A stretch of DNA of 64,000 bases, taken from the human T2T-CHM13v2.0 reference genome, Homo sapiens. Below the pieces are notes generated by a model. It was not told where the DNA came from. It was given only the letters and a program-made list of their open reading frames with translations, and ran no database searches. Position numbers and translations under genes: made by a program. The stretch lies in assembly GCF_009914755.1 (NCBI RefSeq), contig NC_060941.1; one strand, 5' to 3'. Of the stretch, positions 56,971 through 64,000 are shown in pieces. Positions within the stretch are counted from its first letter, which is position 1, and every line of letters begins with the position of its first letter.

Positions 56971-57160
56971 CTAGTTCTGCTTCTGTGTCAGATTCCTCTT
57001 TCACGATGTGGCTCAGAAGCTCCCCAGGCCCTGAGGATGAATTCTCAAGTCCCAACTCCTGAGGCACCACTTCAAGATGGGGCTCCACTTCCCCCACTTG
57101 GCAGCTTGGAGATTCCATCTTCTCTGATAAGATGTCCTGTCCTAGAACCTGGATACTGAT
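56971..57160 (-). CDS. ZNF18: ZNF18 post-SCAN exon (ISIQVLGQDILSEKMES...TEAEL)
   Basis: 190 nt, ctctag| acceptor, G|gtgagg donor. Confidence 0.9.
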
Positions 57161-57568
57161 CTAGAGACCATATATTAATTAGTAATTACTGAAGAATCCA
57201 GAGTAAGGATCTCTAAAAGACACAAAGCTTACTCTCTACAACAGATCATAAGACAATTTCTAAGGATGTGGAGAAAGAGAAAACCAGCTTTTATTTCTAG
57301 TCCAGCAGGAACCAGGGAAAGAAACGTCCCAAAAGACACCAAAAGCTGAGGCCCGAATCAGGCGTGGGAGACCTTCAAGACATGCCACTAACGTGCTTCT
57401 ACTGGATATGCGCCACCAATGAAAACTCAGGCATCTTTTAAATAACTTCTCAAACATTCTAGTCTAAAGGTGGAATGCGCTGGGAGACTTTACCCTCAAT
57501 CCTCAATAGCTAAAGAGTGTTGAGAGTCAGAGAGTGTTAGAATTACGTGAGGTATGGGGGAACCCAGC

Positions 57569-58345
57569 TGTGGTATAATAAGAAATACACATTTAGTCTT
57601 TGTCCCCAGTTCCCATTCCCGCAGAGCTCCTAAAACCCTGGTAATTTCCTGAGGGACAGGTGAAAGAAGAGTCTTTGTTATTCATAAGGAGCCCTTCTCA
57701 ACCACACCTGAGTTTATGCTAGGCTCCTAGATAGCTTCAGGATGGGGGCTGGTTGCCAGAGGAACCAACCTTGAGATTAAAAGGTTGGAACTTTCAGTAT
57801 CTCCACCCAGCTTCTGAGGAGGGGAGGGCAGCTGGAGATACTCAATCACCAATGGCAAATGACTGTATCAAGTGTGCCAAAGCAGTGAAGCCTCCATAAA
57901 AATCCCTAAACCATGAGGTTCAGGAAGCTTCCAGGTTGGTGACCTCATGGAGGTACTGGTAACGTAGCACGCCAGGAGAAGCATGGAAGCTCCACGCTCT
58001 TTCCCCCACACCTTGCTCTATGCAGCTCTTCTCTCTGGCTGTTAATGAGTTGTATCCTTTAGAGTAAGTCAGTAACAGGAAGTAAAATCCTTCCCTGAGT
58101 TCTGTAAGTCATTCTAACTAATTATCAAACTTGAAGAGAAGACTGTGGGAACCTCCGAATTTATAGCCAATTTGTCAGAAGTACAGGTGGCCCCTGGGAC
58201 TTGTGACTGGCATCTGAGAACAGGAGCAGTCTTGGATTGAGCCCTGAACCTCCAGAGTTAGCTTCAGAACTGAATTGCTGGACACTGTACTGGTGTTAGA
58301 GAATCACAGAATTGGCCATTGGTGTGAAAAGCCCCACCCATTTTG
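57569..58345 (+). mobile_element. MER21-type ERVL solo LTR
   Basis: GAGCTCCTAAAACCCT...ACCACACCTGAGTTTATGCT...GGTTGCCAGAGGAACCAACC. Confidence 0.7.
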
Positions 58346-58439
58346 TGTCATAAGTGGTATCAGAAAAAAGACAACACACCTGATGGGACCAGAGAGGAGC
58401 CCTGTGTTTCACTCGCAGATCATAATACCCTCTGCTTAC

Positions 58440-58826
58440 CCATTGCCACAGTCTCTGGGGGTCCCCCTTCAAGCTTTCCACAAGGGTCACTGCCTCTTCT
58501 CCACTTCCTGGACACTGTTTCCGCACCCACATCTGGATCTCCCCAGGCAGGATGGTCAGAAACTGCTCCAACATGAGGATCTCTAGGATCTGCTCTTTGG
58601 TGTGAACCTCTGGCTGTAGCCACTGGAAACAGAGCTTCCGAAGTTGCTTCAAGGTCTCATGAGGCCCAGACATCACCTGGTAACGGAACTGCCTGAAAAG
58701 CTGGCGTGCGGTCTCAGGGCTGGAGAGTTCCTCTTGAAGGGCAGCATCTGATTCTGAGAACTGGGAGTCCTCGGCCTTCGCCAGCGATGGCAGCAGGCCT
58801 AGGGCCTGCCCCAAGTCAACGGGCAT
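58440..58826 (-). CDS. ZNF18: ZNF18 first coding exon with SCAN domain (MPVDLGQ...QRLWQW)
   Basis: ATG at 58826 (ACAATG), SCAN motifs RQLFRQFRY...GPHETL...CFQWLQPE...EQFLTILP; TGG|gtaagc donor; exon acceptor at 58908; all six exons sum to 1650 nt. Confidence 0.96.
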
Positions 58827-59535
58827 TGTCCAGCCTGGCAAGTCCTTTTAAGTAAAGTGCTTCTGCAGTGGAATTGTCTCCGGCAAGAACTAGGTCTTCA
58901 CCAGGACACTAAAAAGGGAATGAGATTGAGTGCTACACAGAGGAAGGGGACACATTTTCAGAAAGAACAAATTCACATGCCCTACCCGAGAAGCCATGGG
59001 GTCAACTATGGAGCTTTTGAAATTGCTCAATGGATACACGATTCTATTTTGAAAGATTATAAACTTGAAGCCACAAAGCAAACTACTGATACTGTATCTA
59101 AACAGCCACCATTTCCCTGCCCATTTTATAATGTTCTTTCTTGGTCTTCAAATGTCCAGACAAAATGAAGAATAAAATGCACCATACGAAACTTTTTCAC
59201 TATAGGTTTCCAGGTAAACGGCTCTTCTACAAAACACTTCTACATCTTCATCTATATATCTGCATACTAAAAAATAAAGCTGGAAAAAGATATTAATGCC
59301 CTAGGAATAAAAGCTAATGCCTACATGCTTCTGTAATAAATAGGAGGTTAAAGAGAACAAGTTAAGTCTTCCAAAAGGTACCAAAAGTACTTCCAAAAGT
59401 ATACCAAAAAGGTGTAATGAAACTTCCAAGAGAGGTCTTTTGAGTGCCATATTAAAATAGGTCTATTTGAGAATTTATGAAAAAAACAAGTATCATACCT
59501 GACACTTTCAACCTTGGGGTTAAAGAGGGTGAGAA

Positions 59536-61705
<2,170 letters not shown>

Positions 61706-63099
61706 AGTCAGTGAAGTCAAAAAATCTGAACACTATCAACCGACTTGCTCTAATTGACATTTTCAGAACACTAGACCCAAGAACTGCAGAGTATACATTC
61801 ATTACAAGTGCAAAGAGTATTCATCAAAACAGACCATATGCATAATTTTCAAATGACTGATATCTTAAAATTAGCTCTAAAAATATTACGCCAAGTGGTA
61901 TTGCTAAAAAGCCATTAAAGCAATACCAAAAAACACTCAAAAACCCAATATCTGATAGAAAAGGAACACAAGAGAAACAAAACCAGAAAGGTCAAATGGA
62001 AAACTTTAGAGCTTCCTGGGTTCAAATATATTCTCTGATCATAGTGCAATTAAAGTAGAAATCAATAACAATAACTAGAAAATCCCAATTTATGGAAATT
62101 ACTAAATAATGCTCTTAACCCATAGTCAAAGAAAAAAATCACAAAGGAAATTAAAATATGTTTTCATACTGAGTGACAATGACAGCATTATCAAACCACC
62201 TGGAAAGCAGCTTTAGCTCAGAGGTAAACCTACAGTTTCAAATAACATCTTAAAAAACGAATAAATATATTTTTAAAAATACCTTGCTTTGTAAATCCAA
62301 TCTATTTGGCTCAAGAGTTTCAAATAACAAGCGGCAAGATTTTAGATAGCAAGATACCGACCTGTAAACTTACTGCAATTTATCTGTTTCCTAAATTAAG
62401 ATAGCAGTTTAGATAATATTTAAGAGAAATGACATTTTGGAAAAACTACAGATTTTATAAAATACTTAAATCTTTTGTTAGTAATATTATACTCCCAGGT
62501 AGTGTGTAAGAAAAATGTCTCGATTATTCAAAATTAAATTACTTTATATAGTATTAAAAATTTAATAGAGTTTATATTCCGATAACCTCATGAGGAACTG
62601 CCCCCATTAGTTATGAAAAAAAAATAAGGTTGTCTGTTATACCTGTTATTAAACCTTTAACAAATAGAATGAATTTTTAAAAGTGCATTCTAGGTGTAAT
62701 ATACACAAGTGGTTACATACATGGTTACATATATAAGTAACCATTTGTTAAGCACCTACTACGTATCGGCTCATTATTAAGCTCGGTTCATGTATTTCCA
62801 ATTCCCACAATTACCCTGGTGTACAGATCAGGAACCTCCGAGGCTCACAAGTGGCAGCCAGATTAACCCAGGAAGCTCTAAAGCCTTTGCTTTGGGGAGA
62901 ACTGCCAACGTCTGGTGATTTGTTGGGGCGTTTTCTGGTTGTCACAAGCAGCTAGGGGAACTGGCATTTAGTGCTCGAGGCCAGGGCAGCGCTGCTCATT
63001 GGATATGTATTCTCCACCATGCGCCCCCCAAATGCCGATTGCACTCTGATGAGAGAGGGAGAGACTCCAGGCATCATCCCATCGGGTTTCCTCTTCCAG

Positions 63100-63700
63100 A
63101 GACTCATTTTCAGCCCTTAGGGGAAGAAAGCGGGGAGGAGCCCGTTTTCGGTCCCAGTGCAGAGACCCGGCCGGTCCCGCGGGGCGCAGAGGCGCAGGAA
63201 TGCAGAGCCGGGACGGGGTTCACACATCCCCCCGCACCCACGGTCCACTCCCAGCCATGGCTGCCCCGGCCCCGCACTCGCCACGTCCCCCGCGCGCTCC
63301 CAGACGCATGGGCAAGGGAGCCCGCTGGCCCCTCCGTAGCTCCGGGGTGCCCAGCTGAGTCAGGTGCGGACGCAGATAGCGCAAGGCCTGACCCCGAGCG
63401 GCCGGAGGCCGGGACCGCCCCGCAAGCGCGCTCACCTCGGCCCGCGGCGCCGGCTCCGGGCGCACTTCCGGGAGCTGGGTGGCTGCGCGCGCCTCAGGCG
63501 GCAGGCGAACGACGTGCGGCACCGGGCGGAGCTAGGGGGCGGGGGCGGAGCTGATACCGAAGCTCCTATTGGCCGTCGGGGACGCCCCGCCTCTCTCTGG
63601 CGTTGCAGCCCAGGAGCCTCCGCCGACATGGCAGCGAGGTTCCCGAGCCAACGCCATCCTCCGTTCCTTCCGTCACTCACTCACTAATCACTGTTCCTGA
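63100..63700 (-). promoter_or_regulatory. ZNF18: CpG-island promoter and non-coding first exon of ZNF18
   Basis: CpG-rich; minus-strand donor GAG|gtgag at 63436; ETS ACTTCCGG 63464-63471, GCGC run ~63484-63492, GC boxes 63536-63548, CCAAT (ATTGG) 63568-63572. Confidence 0.85.
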
Positions 63701-64000
63701 GTTCCTTCACTTCTCACCCGTCATTTATTGCGCGCCTATTCTGTGCCAGGCACTCGGCCAAGCACTGCGAGGCCTTCAAAGATCATTTCTTTGTCTCTCC
63801 CAAACCCTTCCGCCCAGTCCCACCCGCAGAGCTGCAACGCTCTGCCATTATCCCTGATTCTTAACCGCCGCCTTTCTCCTTTCCGTTCTTGCCTCACTGG
63901 GCCTCCCTGAGACACTTGATTTGCCCCAACCTTCTTCCTCTGTCTTGGTTCTCCCACTCTCATCAGCTCTGCATCCCCTGGGTCCTCTCCCACTTCTCCC

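Noticed and set aside
63039-63687. GC-rich ORFs of 82-171 aa, including a possible ZNF18 uORF from ATG 63629
   Set aside because: Expected in CpG islands; the uORF would need a start site upstream of the CCAAT/GC boxes

Overview
Primate (very likely human 17p12) genomic DNA, dense in repeats. The + strand carries the last five coding exons of an axonemal dynein heavy chain (DNAH9; 1-45, 3327-3497, 8277-8459, 27865-28254, 35298-35525, all phase 0). The - strand carries the complete SCAN-KRAB-C2H2 gene ZNF18 (six coding exons, 58826->43955, summing to 1650 nt = 549 aa + stop) with its CpG-island promoter at about 63.1-63.7 kb. Between these two convergent 3' ends sits a two-LTR, internally deleted HERV-H provirus (37754-42945; 434-bp LTR7Y-like LTRs, His-tRNA PBS, PPT, CTCAC TSD). 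The rest is Alu, L1, MaLR/ERVL LTRs, DNA transposon fossils and microsatellites; most ORFs in the track are Alu or L1 artefacts. I cannot support a wholly new biological system here. The least expected observations are an AluY that has captured an inverted ~570-bp copy of sequence ~1.4 kb downstream, the young HERV-H aimed antisense at ZNF18, and a ZNF18 KRAB-A exon that lacks the N-terminal TRIM28-binding motif. Repeat subfamily names and most repeat boundaries are by-eye estimates.
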